The notes under the pieces are model-generated. The model had not been told where the DNA came from, made no database searches, and saw nothing but the letters and a program-made list of their open reading frames with translations. The translations under genes and the position numbers were made by a program. From a virus (lineage: Duplodnaviria > Caudoviricetes): a DNA stretch of 50,345 bases. Shown here in pieces: positions 6,286 through 14,733 of the stretch; position 1 is the first letter of the stretch, and every line of letters begins with the position of its first letter. Location of the stretch: IMG/VR virus record IMGVR_UViG_3300019768_000006, positions 1 through 50,345 of that record, one strand, 5' to 3'.

Positions 6286-6579
6286 CTAGTACAATTGATA
6301 CCTCATGAAATGTATTCTTATGATGTAATTTTGTAGTTCTTCAAACTCTTTAGTGAATCTTCCTATTTCTATTTTTCCATTTACTTCTTTATAGAATGTT
6401 GCTACTCTTTTACTTCTACTAGGTTTGAAAGGGTCTCCTCCAAATTTGTCTTCCATTACTTTACTTATAGTAATTTTAATAATTTCTCTTGAGTTGTAGC
6501 TTTTGAAAAGCACCTCAAAGTCAAATTCATCAAGTTTTCCGTAGTATCTTCCAGAACCTTTCTTAAGTATTTTGATCAT
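6286..6579 (-). CDS. hypothetical protein
   Basis: 97-aa ORF abutting the radical SAM gene. Confidence 0.65.
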   Translation of the reverse strand: MIKILKKGSGRYYGKLDEFDFEVLFKSYNSREIIKITISKVMEDKFGGDPFKPSRSKRVATFYKEVNGKIEIGRFTKEFEELQNYIIRIHFMRYQLY

Positions 6580-6580
6580 A

Positions 6581-7393
6581 TTAATACACCAAACTTCCTG
6601 GTTCGTCCCAGAGTCTGTAGAGATGACAGTCTGGTCTTAGAATAAGCTTCTCTCCCATACAGTTCTCATCAATGAACACGGTCATGTCTTCGATAATTCT
6701 TATCGGATACTTACCGTCTATTGTTTTGCCTTCTGTAAAGAAATGAGCTTTAAACTCATTAAATTTCTCTTCAGACATTTTATGGTGTTTAATCCATGTA
6801 TTCTGAGGTGTTTCATCTTGTGAGATGAAAAGCTTTCTAAGGGTTACTTGGTCTGCTAATAAAGCATTTCTTAAATAATGAAAGAAATCTTTTACATCCC
6901 AAGAATCGAAAGCATCTGTTAAGTTTACTGAGATGCGTAAGTTCATGTTAAGAGATTTAACATTGTATGCAAACTTTGTCATATCATATCTTAGCTTCTC
7001 AGGAGAACCTTGATAATCAAAGTTTTGTTTAAATCTGAATGAACTGATACTCCAAGAGATCGTGTCAATACCAGCAGCTTTTAGAATCTTTAATTTGTCA
7101 AAGTCTAAAAGGACTCCGGTAGTTTGAATTTCAATCTTTTGGAAAGGGTTTTTAAGCTGATCATTAAGATATATAACATCATTAATGAACCTCATATGTT
7201 GTTGCGGTTCACTATCGCCAGTAAATACTAAGGTATCTATACCTTTGTCTCTGGCGTATTGCATCCGCTTGACATATTGGGATTTATAAGTATTGAATAT
7301 ATTCTTATATTGAGTTGCTTTCATTTGAGCAATACAGAATTTACAATTATTAATACAGACTAGGTCTGGTACAACTATTGATAGGCTTTTCAT
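6581..7393 (-). CDS. radical SAM protein
   Basis: CINNCKFC (CxxxCxxC), TGDSEP, IQTTG; AGGAGG RBS supports the start at MKSLSIV. Confidence 0.9.
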   Translation of the reverse strand: MKSLSIVVPDLVCINNCKFCIAQMKATQYKNIFNTYKSQYVKRMQYARDKGIDTLVFTGDSEPQQHMRFINDVIYLNDQLKNPFQKIEIQTTGVLLDFDKLKILKAAGIDTISWSISSFRFKQNFDYQGSPEKLRYDMTKFAYNVKSLNMNLRISVNLTDAFDSWDVKDFFHYLRNALLADQVTLRKLFISQDETPQNTWIKHHKMSEEKFNEFKAHFFTEGKTIDGKYPIRIIEDMTVFIDENCMGEKLILRPDCHLYRLWDEPGSLVY

Positions 7394-7498
7394 AATATCC
7401 CTCCTCAAGGATTACATTGTTGCAATGTAAATTAGAGTAAAAGCAACTCCAATTGTTATTCCTAATATAAATAGTACAAATGTGATCATTTAGACCTC

Positions 7499-7804
7499 CT
7501 AAAAAATAAATCTTTGTTTATTTAATTTTACATTAAAATTAAATTTTAAATCTATAGATGATGCTACATATTGACAATTTACAATTGTACTTTTTAATTC
7601 ATTATAACCTTCTAATCCTGTTGAAATACTTGATCCAGATTCTTTAATTATAATAAAAATCCATTCATCTCTGTTAATTTTTTGATAAAAATAAATTAAG
7701 TTTTCATTCATAATTACATAAAATTTTTCATAATTTTCTAAAATGTCCATTTTTTGTTCTAATGTTAATTCTTTATTATGTTCATCATAATTTTTAATTA
7801 GCAT
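7499..7804 (-). CDS. hypothetical protein
   Basis: AGGAGG RBS before MLIKNYDE; very AT-rich. Confidence 0.65.
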   Translation of the reverse strand: MLIKNYDEHNKELTLEQKMDILENYEKFYVIMNENLIYFYQKINRDEWIFIIIKESGSSISTGLEGYNELKSTIVNCQYVASSIDLKFNFNVKLNKQRFIF

Positions 7805-7814
7805 AATAGACCTC

Positions 7815-8045
7815 CTAATGTCTAATAATACTTGCAGAGCCCTCATTGAGTTCTCTGATTATTTGCGGGAAAGCGTCCCACCATTCACAATTTTTTCTAT
7901 GTTTTACTTTAAGGCCTGTTGAACTGAACATATAACTAGTGTTCTTTTCAATCACACCATTACGTTCTATTTTAAATTCCTCGCCTAGCATTACGTTTAG
8001 CTTTCGTGCAAGACTTGGGGTCTCGTATTTGATCATCAATCTCAC
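7815..8045 (-). CDS. hypothetical protein
   Basis: ORF in an operon-like run; AAGGAG upstream. Confidence 0.55.
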   Translation of the reverse strand: MRLMIKYETPSLARKLNVMLGEEFKIERNGVIEKNTSYMFSSTGLKVKHRKNCEWWDAFPQIIRELNEGSASIIRH

Positions 8046-8439
8046 TCTCCTTAATAGATTGAACGATTGTTTTTCTTAACATAATAGTTAAAGCTTCACA
8101 AGCATCTTTGAGTTGTTCAATAGAACTCTCTGTAGTATATGAGAAGCTTTTTTCATTTAACTTTATCAGCTCAAAAGATTTATTATCTACTGAGCATTCT
8201 AACCATGAGTCTCTTTCAAAGTGATAGGCTTGTTTTATAAATAACACTCCCTCCCACTTTGCTTCATCTATTATAACACCTATATCAATCCATAATAAAG
8301 CCTCATTTAAGTGCTTATCTAAGGTCTCGGTGAGTTCATTTATTTTATCTTCAATAGATTTTTTATAGTTTCCATTGATATATTTTTTATCAAGCTTAGA
8401 ATATAAATCTTCAAGTTCATGAAAAATTTTCATTGCCAT
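7972..8439 (-). CDS. hypothetical protein
   Basis: 155-aa ORF, AAGGTGG RBS. Confidence 0.65.
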   Translation of the reverse strand: MAMKIFHELEDLYSKLDKKYINGNYKKSIEDKINELTETLDKHLNEALLWIDIGVIIDEAKWEGVLFIKQAYHFERDSWLECSVDNKSFELIKLNEKSFSYTTESSIEQLKDACEALTIMLRKTIVQSIKESEIDDQIRDPKSCTKAKRNARRGI

Positions 8440-8494
8440 TCCACCTTTTTATTTTTAAATTCATAAGTTGATAAGCTTTTTTATTATAGTCCGG

Positions 8495-8791
8495 TTATAA
8501 TTGTATTATATTCATAAACTTTCTTAATATTTTATTTTGATTTTTTTCACGGACTTCATAGTATTCTTCTAAAAAACAAATCATGTCACTTATAGTTCCA
8601 TATTTTATTCCTCTTGGCATCCAACTTTTTAAACTTTTAAAATATGGATAATAACAATATATTGTATTATCAACTTTAACAATCATTATATCATACCAAC
8701 CATTTTCATTTGGATCTTGTCCATCATAAATAGATGATCCATATCCTTTTGTTTTTACTTCATAGTTTGCCACAAAGTCCTTAGCGTCCAT
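8495..8791 (-). CDS. small protein, C-terminal-motif family
   Basis: GAGAGG RBS; C-term NKILRKFMNII. Confidence 0.75.
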   Translation of the reverse strand: MDAKDFVANYEVKTKGYGSSIYDGQDPNENGWYDIMIVKVDNTIYCYYPYFKSLKSWMPRGIKYGTISDMICFLEEYYEVREKNQNKILRKFMNIIQL

Positions 8792-8811
8792 TATACCTCT
8801 CCCCAGTTTTT

Positions 8812-8849
8812 AAAAAACCAGGGATCAGAATTAACTGATCAACCTGGTT
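8812..8849 (-). terminator. intrinsic terminator
   Basis: AACCAGG-UU-GAUCAG...CUGAUC-CCUGGUU followed by a U run, downstream of 8863..10092. Confidence 0.65.
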
Positions 8850-8862
8850 AATATTTAAATCA

Positions 8863-10092
8863 TTATCCTAAGATTTTAACAACATCTTCTTCTTGCATTA
8901 CAGGAGCAAGCAATTCGATAAGATGTTCTTTTGTTGAGAATGCATGTGCCAATCCAATTAAATCTATTAATTCTGAATCAAAATTCTCAGATGCAAAGAT
9001 AGGATTGTTATCTGCATTTTGACCAAGAATTGCACAAAGCTTGTAGACAACATCTGTGATGTTTTCATGATAAGCATCTTGAGCATCAGCAAATGTTTTA
9101 GGGAAATTAATATCTCTATCAATATCCTCATACTCAGGTTCAATTTCAGAACCAAATTTTTGCATACCTTCAGCTTGTAACTGAGATATATATTGAGAAG
9201 CTTGCTCTTCTGTGAATTGCATTAGATTAAGTTCATCAAGCTCAGGATTACCACTTCTTACTAGAAGCTTATTAATTAAATCTCGTTGACCTTGAGAAGC
9301 TCTATCTTTATTCCATCTGTAGAATACAGCTTGGTTTTTAGAGATAAACTCTGTACATTGTTGTTTAACAAGCTTATCAAGTGAGAAACTATCAGCATAC
9401 TCATCAATTTCTTTTTGAGTTGCTACCATATCATCTTGAAGAGATTTCAATACAGCTTCAGCATCCTTCTGAGCCTTCTGTAATTTCTTTAATCTCTTAG
9501 TATCATTTTCCATGATACAATCTTGTTGAAGATTAAGAATCTGGTTTACTGCTGAGTTGTTAAGAGTGATCTCTTTCTCAAGAGAATCTTTCTTATCAAG
9601 AATCTCAGCTGGAACTTCGTACAACTCAGATGAATCAATGTCTGGACACATCATCATTTTTGAGATGAAAGCAAGTTGCTTTTCTGAAGGGATATGAGCA
9701 AAATGTTTTTCATAGTAATCATCCATTTTCTGAATAATTGAAGATGCTTGAGTTACACTTAATTTATCTAAGAACTCATCATCTGGTTCATCCATTCTGC
9801 ATTTAACATATCTGCCTTTGACAGCTTCCTTTTGACCATCAGTAGCTGGGAAGAAATCTTCAAGGGCTTGAGTTTTCTTGATAATTTCTGATAAGTTATT
9901 CTGAGATAATAACTCATAGTTTTTAATAGGATCAACATTTTTTCTCTTACATACTTTCAAATAATATGCTTGAGATTTTTCAGAAGCGACACCAGCTTTA
10001 CGAGGTGCACTGGTCTGAGAAGTTTTCTCAGCTTTGGGAGCGTTCTTTTGTAAATCCTTAATAATTTGATTGTAAGTGTTCAAAGTTTTCAT
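8863..10092 (-). CDS. protein with four short helical repeats and a coiled coil
   Basis: 409 aa; repeats ASEKSQ/ATDGQ/PSEKQ/ASQGQ, each followed by an LS..Q(AS)..I-like segment; AAGGAG RBS. Confidence 0.8.
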   Translation of the reverse strand: MKTLNTYNQIIKDLQKNAPKAEKTSQTSAPRKAGVASEKSQAYYLKVCKRKNVDPIKNYELLSQNNLSEIIKKTQALEDFFPATDGQKEAVKGRYVKCRMDEPDDEFLDKLSVTQASSIIQKMDDYYEKHFAHIPSEKQLAFISKMMMCPDIDSSELYEVPAEILDKKDSLEKEITLNNSAVNQILNLQQDCIMENDTKRLKKLQKAQKDAEAVLKSLQDDMVATQKEIDEYADSFSLDKLVKQQCTEFISKNQAVFYRWNKDRASQGQRDLINKLLVRSGNPELDELNLMQFTEEQASQYISQLQAEGMQKFGSEIEPEYEDIDRDINFPKTFADAQDAYHENITDVVYKLCAILGQNADNNPIFASENFDSELIDLIGLAHAFSTKEHLIELLAPVMQEEDVVKILG

Positions 10093-10220
10093 AATAATCT
10101 CCTTAATCTTCTAATTTGTTAATGATTGATTGGCCTGTGTGACCAATTATTGCTCCAGCAATAAACGATAATACAAGTGTTGTTACTTTGATAGTAATAA
10201 TTAATATCTTACTTTTCATG

Positions 10221-10451
10221 TTAAACCTCCTTATTTAACATACATTTAACATACTCTGGACAATCAAGACAGCCATCTGGTTTAGTAGCCATCTCGATAC
10301 ATTTTTTTGAGCCAAGTTTAATTTTTGGTTTATCTTTAATTCTATCGAAATATACTTTTTCAGCTGAGCGAGTATCTTTGCGAGCTTCGAACTCGACTTC
10401 GATACCAGCTTCTTTTAAAGTATTAATGTTAGTAGGTGCTATATAAGACAT
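10221..10451 (-). CDS. hypothetical Cys-containing protein
   Basis: 76 aa, C..CxxC..C. Confidence 0.65.
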   Translation of the reverse strand: MSYIAPTNINTLKEAGIEVEFEARKDTRSAEKVYFDRIKDKPKIKLGSKKCIEMATKPDGCLDCPEYVKCMLNKEV

Positions 10452-10454
10452 ATC

Positions 10455-10805
10455 TTACTCTCCTTTCTTCATAGGCTGAATAGCCTCTTTTTCACTCGCC
10501 TCATTAAGAGGCGACTCTCTCTTAACCCAAACAACTAGTTTTTCTTGCTTATAGACAGCTCCATGAGAACTGATTACTTTAGCAAGTACAAACCTATAGT
10601 TCTTTAGTAAATCTGTATGGGTCATTATTGAATGACTAAACCATACTTGAGTTGGATCAGTTTTTAGATGAGCATTCATCATATCGCAAGCCATCTGAGC
10701 AATCTCATCAAGAGTTACTCTAAGGGATTCGATAGGGCCAATTGATAGTTCAAATGAACCATCTTTGTTAAAGTTATCGATTTCTACATTGTATAAACCT
10801 TTCAT
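10455..10805 (-). CDS. hypothetical protein
   Basis: GAGGAG RBS before MKGLYNV. Confidence 0.65.
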   Translation of the reverse strand: MKGLYNVEIDNFNKDGSFELSIGPIESLRVTLDEIAQMACDMMNAHLKTDPTQVWFSHSIMTHTDLLKNYRFVLAKVISSHGAVYKQEKLVVWVKRESPLNEASEKEAIQPMKKGE

Positions 10806-10806
10806 T

Positions 10807-11169
10807 TTATATCTCCTCTCCATCTGCTAGTACGACCTGATACTGGTCTTCATAAGGTACTTTGAATTGTTGCTGAGGGCAAGCGATCATTCTGGTTTTA
10901 ATGTTTTCTTGCTCATATAAATTAAGCATGAATTTAACATCATCCTTAAATTCTTCCAATCCTTTAGGTGTGAAGTAACAGTGACATTCCTTAGAGTAAT
11001 TCACATGATACCTCCGAGGGTTTACTACTTCCATTTTTCTTTTAAAATTTGATTGACAATCTGAATACAAGAATTTATACATATTTTCATCGTTTAACAA
11101 ATAAACTGAAAATAATCCATACCAAGCATTTTCGTTTGGATCATATACTTCAAAACGATAATATAACAT
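10807..11169 (-). CDS. hypothetical protein
   Basis: 120 aa, AAGGAG RBS. Confidence 0.7.
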   Translation of the reverse strand: MLYYRFEVYDPNENAWYGLFSVYLLNDENMYKFLYSDCQSNFKRKMEVVNPRRYHVNYSKECHCYFTPKGLEEFKDDVKFMLNLYEQENIKTRMIACPQQQFKVPYEDQYQVVLADGEEI

Positions 11170-11170
11170 T

Positions 11171-11383
11171 TTATTTCTCCTTTCTTTCTAACAACTCAAG
11201 AAGTCCTATTAGTTCTTCTTTGAGCTGTTGTAGTTTCCATTTAGCAAAATTACAAGTCTGAGGAAAGTTTTCAATATCCTCTTGACATAAATGTATCTGA
11301 TGAGCAATAAATCTTACTCCAGGGTTTACATAATGTTTTTCAGCTAATTCAAATTCCGAAACTGTTAATAAATTTTTCAACAT
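11171..11383 (-). CDS. hypothetical protein
   Basis: 70 aa, AGGAGG RBS. Confidence 0.65.
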   Translation of the reverse strand: MLKNLLTVSEFELAEKHYVNPGVRFIAHQIHLCQEDIENFPQTCNFAKWKLQQLKEELIGLLELLERKEK

Positions 11384-11395
11384 AATCCATACCTC

Positions 11396-11701
11396 CTAAG
11401 CATGTTGTACTATAAAGTTATCATTTAAGAACTCAAGGTGTTCTTTTGATACGATTTCTTGCCAATTGTCAGGGTCTTCAATAGAAACATATCTCATGTT
11501 TTTTTCATTAATGAAAATAGTACGAGATGGTTTCATTGTAGGTTGTGGTAGTTGTAATCTTTTCTTAGATTTTAATAATGCATAAGCAAAGTATATAACA
11601 CTTGCAAATGCAATAATTCCAAGAACTACGCCAGTTACTTTAGCTGCAACAGCTAAGATTGATGGTGCGATTGCTACGATAGTAATAAATAATTTTTTCA
11701 T
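11396..11701 (-). CDS. membrane protein
   Basis: Hydrophobic N-terminal ~44 aa; AAGGAGG RBS. Confidence 0.7.
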   Translation of the reverse strand: MKKLFITIVAIAPSILAVAAKVTGVVLGIIAFASVIYFAYALLKSKKRLQLPQPTMKPSRTIFINEKNMRYVSIEDPDNWQEIVSKEHLEFLNDNFIVQHA

Positions 11702-11720
11702 AATATCCTCCTTAGTCTAA

Positions 11721-12026
11721 TTATAAACTAAGAACAACTCTTTCAAGTTGCTCAAAGTTTGATTGTTCGTTAGCTGTATTCATTTTTAATGTTAATGCAT
11801 ATTCATAAGCAAGTTTCATACAAAGCTTATATGCAATATCTGGGTTGCCAATGCTTAACCAAGTAATTAATACAGACTCAAGATAACGTTTACTTGTGCT
11901 GTGCTTCATTTTGTCAACACCTTCAACGATTTGATTTACAGTCTTTTCTGAGGGCTTGTTGTGACACTTCTTAATTGTTTGTGCCAACACAACCATTTTG
12001 TTTAAACCATCATTTCTAAATAACAT
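11721..12026 (-). CDS. hypothetical protein
   Basis: 101 aa, AAGGAGG RBS. Confidence 0.7.
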   Translation of the reverse strand: MLFRNDGLNKMVVLAQTIKKCHNKPSEKTVNQIVEGVDKMKHSTSKRYLESVLITWLSIGNPDIAYKLCMKLAYEYALTLKMNTANEQSNFEQLERVVLSL

Positions 12027-12203
12027 TTATTTTTCCTCCTTAATAATTAAATTCATTAATATGCCAATTATAATACCAACAACTGATGCTGAAAATATCG
12101 CAGTAGCTTCATCTAAAGTTTCTTTATAAACTTTATTACCGACTTTATCGCCAACAATATAAGATGTTACTAAACCTGTGATAATTATTAAAGCTTTTTT
12201 CAT
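12027..12203 (-). CDS. small membrane protein, first gene of the leftward early arm
   Basis: AAGGAGG RBS before MKKALIII; two hydrophobic segments. Confidence 0.7.
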   Translation of the reverse strand: MKKALIIITGLVTSYIVGDKVGNKVYKETLDEATAIFSASVVGIIIGILMNLIIKEEK

Positions 12204-12814
12204 GATAGACCTCCTTAGTCTTAATAGTTTAATTAATAAATTAATCACACAACACCATGCTTGCATGGTAGTTTACTGATATAAAATAAACTAGGAATAC
12301 CTGTTAATATCACTGAGATGTAATATACTTTTAGTGCTTTAGCACTGTTGCGAAGCAACCTATAAAACCCTTTACAAAACCTTCCAAAAACCAAGCATGA
12401 GCTGCAATAATCTTTGAGAAAGGCTATGAAATAGCCTGAGAGGTACTGCTGAGGGGTTGAAAGGGTTGCTTGAGGGCTCTCAGGGATCAACCCTCTCACA
12501 CCTCTCAGAAGATTCTCCAGTAGGGGCTCAGGGGTTCTCGGAGGGTTTAATGAAGGGAACGCAGAGAACCTTCAGTAGGCCTTCAGAGGCCCCGGGGAGC
12601 GGAAAGGGAGTACTTTATATCCGGTTCTCTAAGGGCGTTGTAATATTATTATCCGTCTATACGTCCGACCATCCCTCAGAAAATATATAGAAAATTTATA
12701 GAAAAATTCTCAGAAAATATCTCAAAAATTTTACCCCCACCCCAAAGAAAACCCTTCGGAGAATTGTTTCACAGCTCAAGAAAAAATTAAAAATTTTATA
12801 AAAACTTAGAGGGC

Positions 12815-12843
12815 TTGACAAGGTCTCGGAAATGTGTTATAAT
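12815..12843 (+). promoter_or_regulatory. sigmaA/sigma70 promoter for the morphogenesis module
   Basis: TTGACA-17 nt-TATAAT with TG extension. Confidence 0.85.
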
Positions 12844-12994
12844 AAGATGTAATCGTATAATGGCGCTGCCAAGACCGATTAATAATTAATAATTAAATAA
12901 AAATTATTTAAGAATTGTTCAAAGAACTAATTTAAAAACTAATTAATTTAATTACTAAAACTATATTAACAATTAATTGCAACACAAATAATCT

Positions 12995-13042
12995 TCGGAA
13001 TATGAGAACTCGGAATATAAGAACTTAGAGGTCTCGGAATAT
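12995..13042 (+). repeat. three direct repeats TCGGAATAT
   Basis: Copies at 12995, 13010 and 13034; related TCGGAAAT lies inside the promoter spacer. Confidence 0.7.
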
Positions 13043-13100
13043 ATAAATTATTTGAGTTGTAAGACCTTAGAACAAAGACCGCAAAGGTCGAGGAAGAAAG

Positions 13101-13424
13101 ATGAAAAAAATATTGATAGTTCACAAACCATACACAATCCTTGAACCAGAATATGTTAAAGATGTATGTGACTCAATGGATGGAGCAGCAGCTTATTGTG
13201 ATTGTGCAAACAAGTTAATTGTAGTGCCATTAAAGAACAATGAAGGTGAAGAATTAACAAATGGTTATAGATTAGAATTATTAGAGCATGAGATTATTCA
13301 TTGTTTAATCTATGAAGCTGGCTATGATGGAACAGGCTGGTCAAGTGATGAAAAGCTAGTTGAAATGATTAGATTCATCTCAGAATATATAAGGACTACG
13401 GGGGTACTTGGATGTTTGAGCTAA
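13101..13424 (+). CDS. HExxH zinc metallopeptidase-like protein (ImmA/IrrE-like)
   Basis: LLEHEIIHC followed by downstream DEKLVE. Confidence 0.7.
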   Translation: MKKILIVHKPYTILEPEYVKDVCDSMDGAAAYCDCANKLIVVPLKNNEGEELTNGYRLELLEHEIIHCLIYEAGYDGTGWSSDEKLVEMIRFISEYIRTTGVLGCLS

Positions 13425-13792
13425 TTAAGGTTTTGATAAGTATTGCTTTATTATTGTATATTTATAATAATTCTTATGAGCTGAGAATTAGAATTAAGAA
13501 TTTTGTATATAATAAGGTATATGCATTTAAACACAGAAACGATGAAGAAGAAGTTGAAGAAGACATAATAACACACGACGAAGTTCTCAAAGAGCTTGCA
13601 GAGATTTATAGAGTTCCTACTATGGGTTCTGGAAAAGAGATTGATGAGTTCGAGGAGTTGAAAAACTTCCATGAGCAAGTTTTTGATGAAGACAATTATA
13701 ATCCACCTACTGGTATATATACTCACAGCTCAGAGCTAGAAGATGCTGACCTGGACTTCCCAGATATATATGACAAAGAAGTGGCAGATTAA
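13412..13792 (+). CDS. membrane-anchored acidic protein
   Basis: N-terminal TM segment, acidic tail. Confidence 0.7.
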   Translation: MFELIKVLISIALLLYIYNNSYELRIRIKNFVYNKVYAFKHRNDEEEVEEDIITHDEVLKELAEIYRVPTMGSGKEIDEFEELKNFHEQVFDEDNYNPPTGIYTHSSELEDADLDFPDIYDKEVAD

Positions 13793-13978
13793 TAAATGAT
13801 AATTACAGACTAATGGAGGAATGAATGAAAATGTATGAAAGAATTTGTGACCTAATTGCACAAGCTAGAGAAGAGAATATGTTACACGAAGATTTTCTTG
13901 AGAGATTAGCTTTAGCATTAGCAGAAGAAGTAGACGACATTAAAGATGAAGTAGAGGCCCTTAGAAAAGAATTAGGAT

Positions 13979-14530
13979 ATGAACAAAAAAGAAATTAAAA
14001 AGAAAATTGAGGAAAAGCCTAGCGAAGAAGAAGTTAAGGAAACTGCTCTTAAAATCGCAAAGGAAGTTCCAGATTATATAGATGTATTGTTAGAGAAAAA
14101 TCCTCGGATTGGGAGGGCCGTTCAGTTATACCTAACTGGAACTCAATCCAAATCGGAAATAGCAGCTTTGCTCGGAGTAACTAGTACCACTGTTAGAAAG
14201 TGGTTTAATGATCCAGCAGTACAACAATACATGGAGGCATTTAAAAAAGAGCAAGCAAATATGGTTAGAGCAAGGATACATGCCTCAACCGATGCAGCTC
14301 TGCAAAAAATGGTTGACCTTCTTGAAAGCCCCATTGATGGGGTTGCTCTACAGGCTGCCAAGGACTTGCTTGATAGGGCTGGACATAAACCTAAGCAAGA
14401 AGTCAAAAAGGAAGTTACAGTAAAAACCTTTGAACAGCAACTCGCAGACCTAATAGGTAATGAAGCGATTGATGTAGACTATGAAGAGGTTGATGATGAA
14501 AACGATGAAGATTCGGAGGATGATGAATAA
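13979..14530 (+). CDS. terminase small subunit (HTH)
   Basis: KSEIAALLGVTSTTVRKW HTH; ALQAAKDLLDRAGHK motif; upstream of TerL. Confidence 0.75.
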   Translation: MNKKEIKKKIEEKPSEEEVKETALKIAKEVPDYIDVLLEKNPRIGRAVQLYLTGTQSKSEIAALLGVTSTTVRKWFNDPAVQQYMEAFKKEQANMVRARIHASTDAALQKMVDLLESPIDGVALQAAKDLLDRAGHKPKQEVKKEVTVKTFEQQLADLIGNEAIDVDYEEVDDENDEDSEDDE

Positions 14531-14715
14531 TGGCTAAAGGTATTTTTGATATGACACACCAAACTGCATTAACAGCAGATTTTGATGACGGACAATCAAC
14601 AAACCCAGCATCACCAGAACCAAGAATGAATGGAGATATTTGTGTAGTTGTAGATAGTTCTGAATTTAACACTTATATAGCTCATAATGGTAAATGGTAT
14701 GGACCAATGGCATAG
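14530..14715 (+). CDS. hypothetical protein
   Basis: 61 aa, coupled to the TerS stop (TAATG). Confidence 0.65.
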   Translation: MAKGIFDMTHQTALTADFDDGQSTNPASPEPRMNGDICVVVDSSEFNTYIAHNGKWYGPMA

Positions 14716-14733
14716 GCCGGAGGTACAAAAGAA

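Noticed and set aside
12245-12690. ORFs 12245..12499 (-) and 12457..12690 (+)
   Set aside because: No convincing RBS, atypical composition, and located in a low-complexity intergenic tract
12995-13042. CRISPR array
   Set aside because: Repeats are only 9 bp with 6-15 bp gaps; no cas operon (the Cas4-like gene is a typical phage exonuclease)
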